64,000 nucleotides of DNA, from assembly GCA_049999805.1 (NCBI GenBank), contig JBNGIO010006348.1, positions 522,452-586,451 of the forward strand, read 5' to 3'. The stretch comes from Folioceros fuciformis. Taxonomy: Eukaryota. Under the pieces are notes generated by a model that did not search any database, was not told the DNA's origin, and worked only from the letters and a program-made list of their open reading frames with translations. Below are positions 21,325-34,107 of this stretch, in pieces. The stretch's first letter is position 1, and every line of letters starts with the position of its first letter. A program made the position numbers and the translations under genes.

Positions 21325-24300
21325 CTATGAGCACGAGTGTAGGAAGCACTGAAGCGTTACGAGCACAAGCTTGTTCCGAGCGATGTGAACATCAACACCT
21401 CCGCATGCACCAAGGAACAGGTGCTCGGAATGATGAGGAAGCCTATGAAGATTGAGTTGAAGCCTGGCACGAAGGATGTTAGCATTGTTGAAGTGAGATG
21501 TTTGGTCACCAGTGCAAAGACATATGATGTCTTGTTGGGGTCGGATGGAACTAACCGACCTGCTATAGGAGTTGATCCCTCGCACACAGAAACCTTCTAT
21601 AGACCATTCTATTGGAGAGGAGATTTCACATATGTTGCACAAATTCTTTCAGGATGAACAGGAGTGGTGGGAAGAGCAGGATGAGAATGACAGGCAGCGC
21701 CATGATTGCCCACAGTGCTCAGAGTGAGCATCGACACGAGATGTGGGAGGAAGCGCAGGAGTTATCCTCTCTAGAGATGCCGAAGCCAAGAGAACAGAAG
21801 GGTATGCTCATGGTTGTTCGTTCAAAGTATTTGGATGAAGCTAGGGTTCGAGAAAACCAGCGAAGGAAGGAGAATCGACTGTGGAATCTTACAGACACAT
21901 CTTCTGAGAGGTCAATCCCACATATGAGGCCTGCCACGGCAAGAGATCGACGCATCAACGATGCTCTAGTACGATGGAAGGTGGGCGTTGAAGACATCCA
22001 TCTGTTGGAGCTCTGCTTAGAAATCAGCAGTGGCCTGGAAGTGGTGTTGCAGTGTGGCATCAAGGTACACAAATCTACCTGCATGGAGAAGGACAAGAGG
22101 GCTCGGGCTGTGGCTAGGAGCCGAATTCTCAGGTTCTATAAGCAGTACCCAATGCTATTGAGCAAGGAAGTAGTTCGAGGCTGCCAGAGCAGGCTGCGCA
22201 CACACGTGAACTTGGTGGGGAAGCGGCAGCTAGAAGCCTTGTCAAGTCCGATGGATATGTTGATCGAGGGATCACCCATAGGCCGATGGCCTGATAGAGA
22301 GGCTAGTGCAAACCTTCAAGGATGCACGAAGGAAATACTGCATCACTGTGGAGCCCAAGTGTTGGAATGAATTGCTCCCTTACATCGTGTTGGGGTATAG
22401 GGTTAGTGTGCAAGCAGCTCTTGGGAGTTTCAGTCCATATTTCTTGTTATTTGGATGCAACACAATGTTGCCAAATGTGGTGAAGGATACTTACTCCATC
22501 CCTGTTGACTGGAGCAAAGATGCAAATGTGTGCTTGGCACAGGTTCAAGCCATAGCAGAAGTGTTTCAAAGGATTCTTCCTATGGCTATGGACAATTTGG
22601 CTGTGTCCCAGCATTGGAACCGGCTGGGGTACGCTTACACGTGGGGGGGGCTTGTGGAAGCCCAAAGCTCTGCAAGTTTGCACCTAGAGATTATGTGTGT
22701 TTGCAGCACAGGCCTGCAAGCATGTTGGATGTCAGCATAGGGAGGCTTATCTAGAGAGTTGTGCAAGTTGGTGAGCAGGGTGTGGTTGAACTTGAAGGAA
22801 GAGATGGCAGACGATGCAAGGAGCACATGAAGCACTTGGCTCCATGCCATTTGCCTAACTTGGACACATGAACTATGCCTCAGGCCTAGATGCCACCAGC
22901 AGATTTGCCCTGTGGGGAGTGTGGGCACACAACTGATAAAGAGTTCATGTTGTTATGTGACAGATGTAACCGTGGTTACCATCTGTTTTGTCTCAAACTA
23001 GCACTGGACAATGTTCCAGAAGGAGAATGGTTATGTGAACACTGTAACGTGCTAAGTGTGAACATGGCTCTTGAAGAAGACGGGTTTGATATTGTATTAA
23101 ATCCACATGAGATGGAAGCTGAAGCAGAAGTCTTGAAGCACAGCAGTGAGGAGAAACGTGAGAGGCTTCAAGCCAAAATCACAGAGTGGGATGTTGCATA
23201 TGCTCGAGGGTAGGCAGACTTTGAGCGTGAAGCCAGTACTTTGCGAAGGCAGGAGATTGTGAGAAGGAGAATTGCGGAGTTACACAGGAATGTCAAGCTT
23301 GATAAGGGTCCAATTTGGACTCGAAATGAGAGGCAAAAGTGGGCTCGTGTAGCTACGAGAGAGCATGCCACTTTGAAGGAAGAATTTCTACATGTGCAGG
23401 CTGAACAAGCTCACAGGTTGGGAATTCCTCACAATGTGTTTCTGAATGTTGTTGCAGCTGTTTGGAGTTGGATACAGAGCGCCATGGGCAGGTTGGCCTC
23501 ACACGTATGAGGAAGAAGGTGTAAAATCCCTGCCCTACCCACAATTGCTGAAGGTAAAGCATCAAAAGGGGGAGCGCCACCATCACCCAAGCACAAGAGG
23601 GGATGTCCATGCAAGCATCCTCCATCATAGACCATGGAAGCCCAACAGGAGCTCAGGGCAAGTCGGCCTCGACCCAGGGAGCGATCAGCTAGAGCTAACA
23701 GCAACAAGAGGACACTCCGGTCGCCTCCTCATAGTAGAGTAGCGGAGCACAACGCTTACCTACCAAGACAACCGAAGCATACCCCTAAGCCTGCTCAGGT
23801 ATATCATGTTTGTCGGCATTCGGCAAGTGTTGTGAATTCCAGGGTCGTAACCAGGAATAGCAGATTTCACCCTGCACAGCAACCATGGAGGAGGCCTCGA
23901 GCAAGCGGCGTGGAGGTGCTGGAGGCTGTGCCCTCCAGGGTGTGCTATGAGTGTCTCCAATTCAAGCACGTTTCTCATGGCAGGATGGGACCCCAGTTTG
24001 TGGATGATGAGAGCGCGGGCAAGTGGAGTCTCTTTCATTTGCGCAAGTATGACCCAGAACGAGGTATTCCACCTGCAAGTTACGATGAACTTCACACCTT
24101 CATGCTGTATGTCGAGGAGCATCATGAAAGCTACAAAGTGGAGTATTATCCTAGTGAACACACCAGGATTTGTTTGAACTCCAGTGCCGGGGTTATAAGT
24201 GATTGCCCTGGGAATGGACAAGCTATATAGAAGGTGCTTGGAGGAAGTTGCAGCACCACTTTCATATGCATCAGTGGTTTGACGGGATGAGGTTGCCAAC

Positions 24301-25965
24301 AGAGTTCATTGATTGGGGAGACATGTACCCTCCTCACTTGGTCTTTCTCAAAGAATGGTTTAGAGTGTTCCACCATTTGCAGACATGGCATCATGTGGTA
24401 GGATGGCCTCAGCAATTTTACATTTTGACCAACAAGCTGAGCACGCCTTATGTTGACCAACATGCTTGGACTCAAGAGGAGAAGGACACGTTCGACTGAG
24501 TCAGGAACCTCGCAAGCCTGCATATTTACACTTACTGTAAGTTACCATTTTTCAATTACCCAACTCAGGAAGCTTACAGTAGGGACTTGGATGTCGTGCA
24601 AGATGGCACACACCCTATTTTGAATCAGCTAGATGTGCACAAGCGCTTTGTGGAAAAACAGATTGACCATCTCTCTGGATTCAAGTTGCCTAGCGAGATT
24701 GAGATCAAGCAGGAGCCACATGAAGACCCGCCGGATGATGAGGATCTTGAAGATGATTTTGTAACTCGCCCTCACGCAGGCCATCATGAGTGTTGGACAA
24801 GTTACATTTTCGATGATGGGGGCATTGGTAAGCAGCTGTTATGTTTTCTAGGCAAGGTGGTCTAGACAATTTTGTGGGAAACTTGGTGGCTTGGCCCCCA
24901 AGTTTCCGAGGGGGGTTGTTCGCGACCCTGGGCCTGCCTCTCTTAGGCAAACCCAGCCCTTCTTGTAGCCTTGCTCTTGGTCATAGGCCAAGGACAATTT
25001 GTGGCTAGGTTGTTGATCTTGGGCCATAGGCCAAGGATATCGCAGGCAGGTTGGTGCTTATATACTTAGCTTTGTGGATAGGCTAGGTAGGCATGCAACT
25101 ATACGGCTACTACGCGACAGCTATCATGCTGTAGCTATATGAAGAACATAGCATCTGAGACTTTATGACTAGATACTGATTGGAGCATCCTAGGCATAAG
25201 CCCTAATGTTGAAGTGCTTGATGATGCCATGTACATGGCCCATGGATGGCCTGCACATGACATGTATGCCTGAGTGTGTGCCATGTATGCATGTGTGCAT
25301 GTGAAGATGAAGGATGACATGTGGATGCATGTAACATGTCTAGAGAGAGTATGTATGTATCATGGTGGATGTGAACTATGTGTTGGATGCATGTGAGGAG
25401 CAGCGCCATGGTACATATGAATATGAACCATTGCGGAGATATTTCAAAACAAATATAAAAATGATAAAATAAGAAAAAAACGAAGTAGGCTTTTAGTTGG
25501 TTAGTATTTGGTAATAGACCAAAGGCCAAGGAGAAGTAGGACTATAAAGTGCCTACCATCGGAGCGAGGAGGCACTTCATCGAGAGTTCTTGAGGATTTT
25601 GCTTATATATGTGGGCTGCCCAGTCATGAATTCTTGGATTGTTGATGTTTGTCTTGTTCTAATAGATAGGCATACTTTGTCCCTGGTGTGTCTCTGTTTC
25701 CTGAAGGTTCTTGTGGTATGTTGCATTGCCAGGTTGCGAGAATTTTCCATCTTGATTTTACCTATTCGCGGCCCTGGGCCTGCCTCTCTTAGGCAGACCC
25801 AACCCTTCTTGTAGCCTTGCTCTTGGTCATAAGCCAAGGATAATTTGTGGCTAGATTGTTGATCCTGAGCCATAAGCCAAGGATATCGCAAGCAGGCTGG
25901 TGCTTAGATACTTAGCTTTGTGGACAAGCTAGGTAGGCATGCAGCTATGCGGCTGCTGCATGTCA
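21325..25965 (+). mobile_element. Degenerate, 5'-truncated and internally deleted Ty3/Gypsy LTR retrotransposon carrying DNMT-like and PHD domains
   Basis: Protease-like CLVTSAKTYDVLLG (~21500). C5-MTase-like motifs at ~21975-22266. Integrase C-half RDHP*ADGLIERLVQTFK / WNELLPYIVLGYR / FSPYFLLFG (22267-22870). PHD finger at 22905-23045. Polypurine tract gagggggg (24908-24915) followed by TG at 24917. Confidence 0.85.
24917..25965 (+). repeat. 3' LTR region with ~200-bp direct repeats at both ends (24917-25119 and 25763-25965)
   Basis: Begins TG right after the PPT and ends CA. Both repeat copies read t(g/a)ttcgcg(a/g)ccctgggcctgcctctcttaggca... Confidence 0.75.
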
Positions 25966-26807
25966 AGCGCAATTCATCAATTGTTCCAAGCACGTGACAT
26001 CCTGGTTGTAGGATATCCCTTCTCACCCCATGTATAGCTAGAGCACGATCTGAATTTCAATGATCGCTCAACTCTTAACACATATCAATCTTTTCACTCA
26101 TGTTCCATGCATTGTCTACCTTCTCCTCCCCCTCCTCCTCCTACGACGAGTCGAAACAAGAGCAGCAAACCGCACCACCAAGAGCAACAGTAAAAGGAGG
26201 TGGTGATCAAGAAAATTAGGAACGTTGTTGCCACATTGTTTGGTGATGCAATGTGTTATATGTTGGTGATCATGTTGTTCACACAATATAATATAGGTGC
26301 TTGGCACATTGTTTGCTACAATTCTCTACAATGTTCCTACTTTCACGCAATGGTCGATTTGCTGCTACAATGGTTTCATGTTCTTCAAGCACAAGTTGTA
26401 ACATTCACCTTTACATAGGGGCTTAGAACCTCATAGAAATAAATTCACCTGCTCACCAAACGGCTTGTGCTCACACACAAACGAGAGAGGGAAAAGGGGA
26501 GAGAACAGGTGCTTGTTCATTTGCTCCCATAAGTCTAGACTCGTGATACAGGTGCTTGTTCATTTGCTCCCATAAGATGAAGGTAACGAGCACTTACATT
26601 GACCGCTTATGAAGTGTCAAATGCCAAAAGTTACACACAATTAGTAAGTGCCTTCTACTTTGTCCAAAAGATTCAATCTTCCTAAAGCTCAGTGTGAACC
26701 TAGCAAAATTTGTATAATTTGCTACCTCACTTAATAGTCCCCTACAAAGAAATTTGTCTAAACTCACTAATTAACGTAAATGCTACACCACAAGATTTGG
26801 GGCTCCA
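25966..26807. repeat. Dispersed repeat block, inverted homolog of ~49016-49862
   Basis: Shared stretches include cccttctcacccca, gcaccaccaagag, aattc(a/g)cct(g/a)ctcaccaaacggcttgtg and cttatgaagtgtcaaa. Confidence 0.85.
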
Positions 26808-27619
26808 ACATCCACTGAGATGATCTAGAGGGGTGCAACAAGTAGCAAGCAATGTGCCTTGTGGGGCATGCGCTGTATGGGTGGTGTTTGCAAGGAGGTG
26901 AGTGAATCCTATCAAGGCAATGCGTGTGAAGGTGATGTTGCCTTGCCTTGGTTGTTTGGATGGGTAATAGTGCGAATGAAGTTAAGGCATGCCTATCCCT
27001 CTATCTCGTTTCTCGATTTTGTTTTACTCAGCTTCCTTCGCCAAAGGGCGAGCGCTGTTGTAAGAGAGGTCGTGAAGGCTGACCAAGGTGTGTATGTTGG
27101 GGTTGTGTCTTGCTTTTTTGTGGCTGCAAACACTCCATGAGGCAAGTGTCGTTGAAGATGTAGCTTGAGGTTGTTGCATCTCGAATCACAAGTCATGTGT
27201 GCGGCATAGTTTAAGGCAAATTCACAACATAAATGACAAAAGAGAAGGCACATTCACAACGCAGAAAAATGGGAAAATCATATTTGTATCATATCTTTCC
27301 TTCTATAAAAGGCACCTTCATATTGCATTCATCTCATGAATCGATGGCGTGAGACTCATATTTGACAGTAGGCAACCTTGATTACATGACGTCCACACAT
27401 GATCCTAAAAATTTCTTAATTGAGTGAATCCTACTGTGATAACATAATTTCACACTCCAATCATACGAGATATGATGGTAAGCATTGCCAAGCTTTGGTA
27501 CTAGAATGTGTGGCCACTACATTGAAGTCCCGATTCTCTTACGTCACTAGACTTGGGAGAGTGCTTATAGGTGACTACCAAACTTGCAGTCCACCAAATG
27601 TCGTGCTCATAGGGACCCA

Positions 27620-27900
27620 TGCTTGTGAGCACCTATAAGCATTAGACTCGATGGAGTCCAATGATCCACAACCGTGAGGTCATGAGGTGAACAAACTCAT
27701 GAGGTCTTGTGCTTATGAGCATTGGACGTAGTGAAGCCCAATGCTTCATAAGCATTGGATGAACTCAGGTCTCGTGCTTGTGAGCATTGACAAGCATTAA
27801 ACTTGGTGAAGTCTAATGCCTCATAAGCATTGGACGAACTCAGAGTGCACTTGATGTTGGTGCTCATGGAGTCCAATGCTTGTGAGCTTGTGAGAGTCTA
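27620..27900. repeat. Degenerate minisatellite (gcttgtgagcattgga / gtccaatgc / ctcataagcattgga motifs)
   Basis: Recurrent short motifs in an imperfect array. Confidence 0.6.
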
Positions 27901-28782
27901 ATGGAGAAAGTGCCCTCTTTTATACATAGCAACTACAATATAGACAAGGATAACAAGTATTACACATACATACAAGATTGTTCATACCTAGATTGGGTGC
28001 ATATTAAGAATTCTAGTGCCCCATCATGACGAGCAACATAGCTATGCTTCTGCATTGTTGCTAGGAAAAGGGAAAACAAACATGGAGACGTATCCACTCA
28101 ACTTTTACATTGTGCATCCTTACTTTCTCCACTATGTCACAACAACCCTTATGAAACTTGCCATTCATACACTTGAGGAAAATGTTTATGTAACATAGTT
28201 TATGGCAAGTAATATGTATACTAAAATAATATGTAAAATATTCCTGCAGAATATACCAAAAACAATAGCACACCATCACGCCGGACTTGATGGATACTCG
28301 ATGAAAGGGAAATGACTTGTGAATGATAGGTCGCGTTGTGTTGTGGACGCGTGGGCGTGACAGGTAGACTGGGACTGTGCACGAGCGTCGGAACTCGGTC
28401 CACGGCACAGTCGCAATTCTGTTACATTATATGTCCTCCACTCCGAGCGATATGCCTTCGTCTTCGGCCCACGTACATACGTATATATATGTACGTGGAC
28501 CGCATCTCAACTAAATCACGGCGAATGGACGACCGGAGTTGCAGAGATCTTGCTGCCCGATTGTGTCGCTCATGGTGGATCGCGGCTGCTGTGGGTCACT
28601 AGATGTTGGATGATCGTGACCTCTGCTGCTGGCTTCCTGGTGAGGATTGTTTAGGGGTTCCAGCGAAATTGAGAGGGCGGCTGTGTTACAGAATTTCAAA
28701 GCCTTGGACGAATTTGAGGAACAGGCCTGGTGAATCTGCCACAGGTGTGTAGGAGCAGGGATGTGCAGCAGGTCGTGACTCC

Positions 28783-31384
28783 ATGGATGGCGAGGGGGCT
28801 TGGATGGAGGATGAGATTCCCGAGTCTCCTACCGAAAGCGTAGGCCTTCACTGCGGCTACAGTCGCCCTCCGCACGTGACCATGTTGACAGACTACTTGC
28901 AAGGTGCTGAAGTTAGCAAACTCCCAGCTCCTAGTTCGAAGGGCAGGAAAAGGTCAACGGGTTCCAAAAAGAGGAGCCCTCCTGTGACGGCGTTGAACGG
29001 GGGCACCTGTTCCGCCTCTGAGCAGCAGGTGATGGTTAGGCGTGTAGTGGAAAAGGCAGGTGCAAGGAATCTGGCTGAATCGTGTGCGTTGAGTGAGTTT
29101 GAATCATGTGCTGTGAATGAGTCCGAGCCACCTTCTCAGGCGGACAAGATCAAGGGAGGGGAAAAGGGTTCAGAGGGGAATGTTGTTGATTTTAATGACG
29201 AATTAGTGGCAACGAGATTGAGGCAGCTGTCCATCGGTACTACAGGCGTTCATGCCATGGAGGCAGCTGAGGTGGAGGCCAACAAACAGGAACAGGAAGA
29301 TGAGGTATGTGCTTGACCGCTATGTGCGTGGCTGCTCGGGTTGAGTAGGATGGGCGGCCCCTGTTTGATGCATGTTGCACATGTTGCAGATGATGGTTTT
29401 GCAGGCCATATTTGGGGAGGATTTGAAGGTTGTCAAAGTGGAAGAGGGCTGTCCTTCTGTTTTCACGGTATTTTGTTTTTTCTCTTTTTGGTACCTACCA
29501 GATGTTTGCATTCTGTAGAACAGGTGTGCAGGCCCTGGGGAATCATCCTCCTTTGTGCGGCGTTGCATGTCGTCTTGTGAGGTTCCTGGAGAAAGGATGT
29601 GGTCTAACTCTTTTGTATTATACTTTCAGATATCCGTTCATGGGGAGACTCCGACTAAAGTGATGGTGTCTGCAGAGCTGCCACCGCTTTCCCTTCCGCC
29701 TGCCGAAAGCTGTACTTCTGGCCAGAGCGTTGACACTCCGGAAAATTCCAGCTCCAAGGATGGTAGTACTTCTGCCTCCAAGAGTAATAGGTCCGAGTAT
29801 GAGGGCAATGTACATGAGTTTGCGGTCGAGTTCCTTCCACCTATCATTTTCATGTGCACCTTTCCTCCAACATATCCATCGCGATCCCCTCCAAACTTTG
29901 TTTTGATGAGTTGGTGGTTACAACAATCTAGTCTTGCCAGCCTTTGTAGAGTCCTCGATTCCATCTGGAAAGATCAACGAGGGCAAGTAGTTTGCTATGC
30001 CTGGGTTTCGTGGTTGCAGGAAAACTATCTGAATCATCTCGGGTTCTGCGACAAGGTGATACTGGGATTGCCAGAAAATGGTGCCCAGAAGCCATTTAAT
30101 GTACGAGCTATTTCTGGATGCCATTCTGTGGATGTGGTTGTTCCCCGTTTAATGAGCTACAACGAAGAGAGGCTCTACCAAAGATTTTGTGACTCTTTAC
30201 ACTCATGCAACATTTGTCTCTCAGAATTCCCAGGTACTGGATGCTCTTTAGCACAGAAAACAAATGAACTGTGGCGTATTCTTTCGTGTAGGATGCTGAA
30301 TGTGGTGCACTTGTTCCTTTGGAGTTTCAAGTAGGAAGGGCCCCTGTGCGAGGTTTGTGTGCGATTTCTCGGTCTGATCTTTCCGAGTAGGATGCGTGTA
30401 CTCACTTCCTTTCTATCTTGTGCTTACATTCCTCATGCAGGGAAAGAGTTCATACGGTTGCCTTGTGGTCACACTTTTTGTCGCGCATGCATGAGTCAGT
30501 ATTGTGGGGGCCTGGTGAAAGAGGGATCAGTCAACAAGATAATATGCCCTGACATTAGTTGCAAACAACAAATTCCCCCTTTCTTGCTGAAGGAGCTGCT
30601 TACTGCCTTAGATTTCCAACGATGGGAGGACCTGACACTGCAAAGAGCGTTGGATTCTATGACAGATATTGAGTATTGTCCTCGGTGTCAGATGGCATGC
30701 ATAGAAGATGAAGATCATCATGTTCAGTGTGGGAAGTGCTTCTACAGTTTCTGTAGTATTTGTCGCGCCCAATGGCACGTTATTGACAAATGTGCATCTT
30801 CGAATGAGATGCTTACCATTATACAGGTTTGTACGTCAGAGTGGGACCGTCGCTGCGTGTGGTTGTATCCTGATAAGTGGGCAGCATGTGGCTGCAGGAT
30901 CGTGGAAGGAAGGCTGAAATGGTTTTTTGGTGCAGGAACGTCAAAGAAGATCGCAAATGGGTGCAGCTCAACGGAAGAAAGAGCAGGATCGCTTGAATGA
31001 CCTCCTTAGTTTGAAGGTTGTGAACGCCAACTCAACACGCTGTCCAACTTGTAACATTGCAATACAGAAGGACGGGGGCTGCAACAAGATGTACTGCACT
31101 TACTGCTGTTCTTATTTCTGCTTCGTCTGCCTTGCGAAGATTGACGACTACAATCATTTTGGGTACGTGTGGAACTTGTGATGTTTCCTCTGGTTCTCCC
31201 TTGTTGGCAGGGCAATTTTTTCACCCTCATTCTGTGGTTCTACGTGTGTGCGCGCCTCGTACAGCCAAGATAAATGTGCTCTGTTTGAAAGAGCAGATAT
31301 CGAGCGATGGGAAGCTGATCTGCTCTATGTTTAGTATTGGCTCTCAGTTATTACAGCTCCTGCGGCGGAAGCCGACTACAGTGA
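28783..31384 (+). CDS. RWD domain + RBR (RING-IBR-RING) E3 ubiquitin ligase, RNF14/ARA54-like
   Basis: EQEDE|MMVLQAIFGED, FLPPI..TFPPTYPSRSPPNF (RWD), CNIC..LPCGHTFCRAC, YCPRC..CGKCFYSFCSICRAQWH, CPTCNIAIQKDGGCNKMYC..C..FCFVC. Exons approx 28783-29304, 29390-29467, 29630-30232, 30441-30826, 30936-31162; the last exon 31357-31384 is tentative. Confidence 0.92.
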
Positions 31385-34107
31385 TGGTGATACCGCATTT
31401 CTTACCTTCGTGGAAATTCAACGATATGACTGGTTTGCACACTTTGCAGAGGTCTCTTGTTGAAGATTTGATGTCTATTTCTGTGAAACACTATTATGTG
31501 CATTTTCTAATCCCAAGACCGCATTTTGGCATACATTGCAGTCCTGATCTGCGAATGGACCTGCTTGCCTTGATACACATTTCTCCTCCGTAGTTCATGC
31601 TTGAAGGACTGATTCAAAAGTCATGACAGTCAGTCAGGCGGAGGCTACTCTGCTTGGACAGAGGTCAGGGGCCTCGCCCCTCTTCGCACACTCCACATTA
31701 TGAGGGCTATCGTTGCAGTCAGTGTCACCGGATCTTGGTAGGGGGCAGTTGATCTTAAAAGCACATGACCAGGTTTCCGCAATGTTTGTAACTGTGTACA
31801 TATTTTTTATTCTTCAATCAGTTGCTTGGAACCATGAGAAAGGCCATTTTTCTTTCCCAACTTGGCAACCCTCTACAAGCTTCCAGGAGGACACAAATGT
31901 GACAAGGCAGGGGAAAGTCGTCTTCTTTGTAGGTGTTGCTGTACACGTGCGGAGAGCCTAAATCTGAAGTGGAAACGAAAACTCCTAATCCACAATCACC
32001 GACGGCTGAGCATGAGCATCGATTGAAACGCCCTCATCGGCGCATCTGCACACCCGAGGTATCAAAGCGCGGAGTCCGGAGTCCTAACTCTCGTTGAATT
32101 GCTTTTCAAACCACGACGTGAACAGTCATCGCAGGAGGAACACAAGGCACACAAATTGAATCACACGGACGCCAAAAACCGCATCATGTGCCCGCCACAG
32201 TCCACCGAGTGCAGGCTCTACTCCACATCGCAATCCGCGGTGGACCCAACTCCTTGTACCAGACGCGAGTGGAGGTGGTGAAAGTGGAGATGGTCACAAA
32301 AGCTACATCATCATACTTCAAAATAATAATATTAATGTAGAAGCCTCACTAGAAAGGAAGACATGAAAAGACGCATCGACCAGGAATAATCTACCACGAA
32401 GCCAAGAACCACAGCGGGTGCCAATCGAAAACTACCTCATGCTCCACAGGGTTGAGATGAAGACAAGACTACCCATTTAAGAAGCAACCTACCGCCCCAT
32501 GGCCATCATGGGGTGGTAGCCCTGACTTATTCACAAGTCATATCCATGATGCCCTAGACTTATCCACAAGTTATATCCTTTGTCTTTGCCATCCATTATC
32601 TTCTTGTAAATGGCTTTCAGTAACATTGCATTGCATTGCATTGGGGTGATGGAAACTCACAATCAAAAGGAGGCAAGACTATCACTGAAGGCTACCCTAA
32701 ATTTCATCTTAAAAGCATAGCATGAGAATACCTTTGCTCTTACTCCAAATACATCCAAGAAGGAGAGATGAACTCACCTTGCCTGGACCTCCTTAACACA
32801 CAAAGTTATTCATCTTGGTCTTGTTCTATTGGTATCACTAACTTTGATTTTGATTAAACTATCCATCACACCCCAACCAACTTAACATCATGTGCTAGCT
32901 AGTATGTGAGATTATTCCGTCCCTTGTCTTAGTTTGATGAAAGAACATTTCAGGTTACAACGAAAAAAAAACATGTCTCTTATGCCTAATCAAACTTCAC
33001 CGCATTGTTTAGGACTGGTTTATCCTTACAATTTGACTAGACTGATGAATCCTACTGAATCGAAGTTAGTATCATGGAAGAATAACTTGGTCTTCTCAAT
33101 AATCTCAATTCTATACAAACTATATGGTGCTCTGTTCATTCTTGATTACACTGTACATTGTTCATGCTTAAATATTATATGAATCACAAATCATTCCATC
33201 TAAATATTAAACAAACTTTTAAAATTATGTGAAGAAATTATATACAACTTTCATAATTGATACCTTGTTGTATCCATGTCCGGACGGACACTATAGAAGA
33301 TGTTTTGAAGGAAAGTAAGATTTATTTATTTATTTTTTAAAAATAAGATGAATAAACTATCTTCGTCAAGAGAGAGATAAATCATAAAACCATGAAACTT
33401 AATGACTATCAATAGCACCTAAAACATCATGATGTAGGAAGACAAAATAAACACCACGTAATAGATCTATTGAGGAGAGAGACTGTTGCTTGCCTCGGAC
33501 TTGTACCCGGTGAATGTACATATGTATCTAGATGGAGAAAACGAAAGGGAGGAGGAGGAAGAACAGGGCGGGATGGAGATAATCCGGATGTGTACTTGAA
33601 ATTGTGGGAGGAGGAAGAAACGGGACGTGGTGGGTTTGGGAAGAAAGAAACGTTTGGTGGGCGATGCGGTCCACGACAGCGCCGTCCTTTATCTTGGGTC
33701 TGCCTGATGAGCGTTTTGGCATGCTGCTCAATCAGTGTCCCGCGCTCGCTGTGGCCCCCGGCCATCGCTACTTGTAGGCCTACCGGCCCGGGATCTCCCG
33801 TCGTTGCTGCGCAGTCCGCCGGCCACTGTGTGGACACGCCTCTACCATCCCCGCTCCCGGTTTCTCGGGCTCGACCCGTACCAGCGCCGCCCTCAGCTGG
33901 GCACCCTCACGGGGTCTGGGTCCAGGGGAATTCAGTTTTCCTTTCGTCGCTCCCTGTCCTGCCCCGGAAGCGGGTGAATGGAAGCGAGGCCGGATCGGGA
34001 ATTCGCGGAACCCTGGGCTTGAGAATGCGGGAGTGGTCGTGGGGTTAGGGAGGAGAGATCGTGAGGGGGAGCGAATTGGGATCGAGGATCGGGCACGAGC
34101 TGGTGCG

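Noticed and set aside
32520-32580. TTATCCACA (DnaA-box-like) in a short duplication
   Set aside because: One exact 9-mer plus a variant in plant intergenic DNA is expected by chance, and there is no other bacterial signal.
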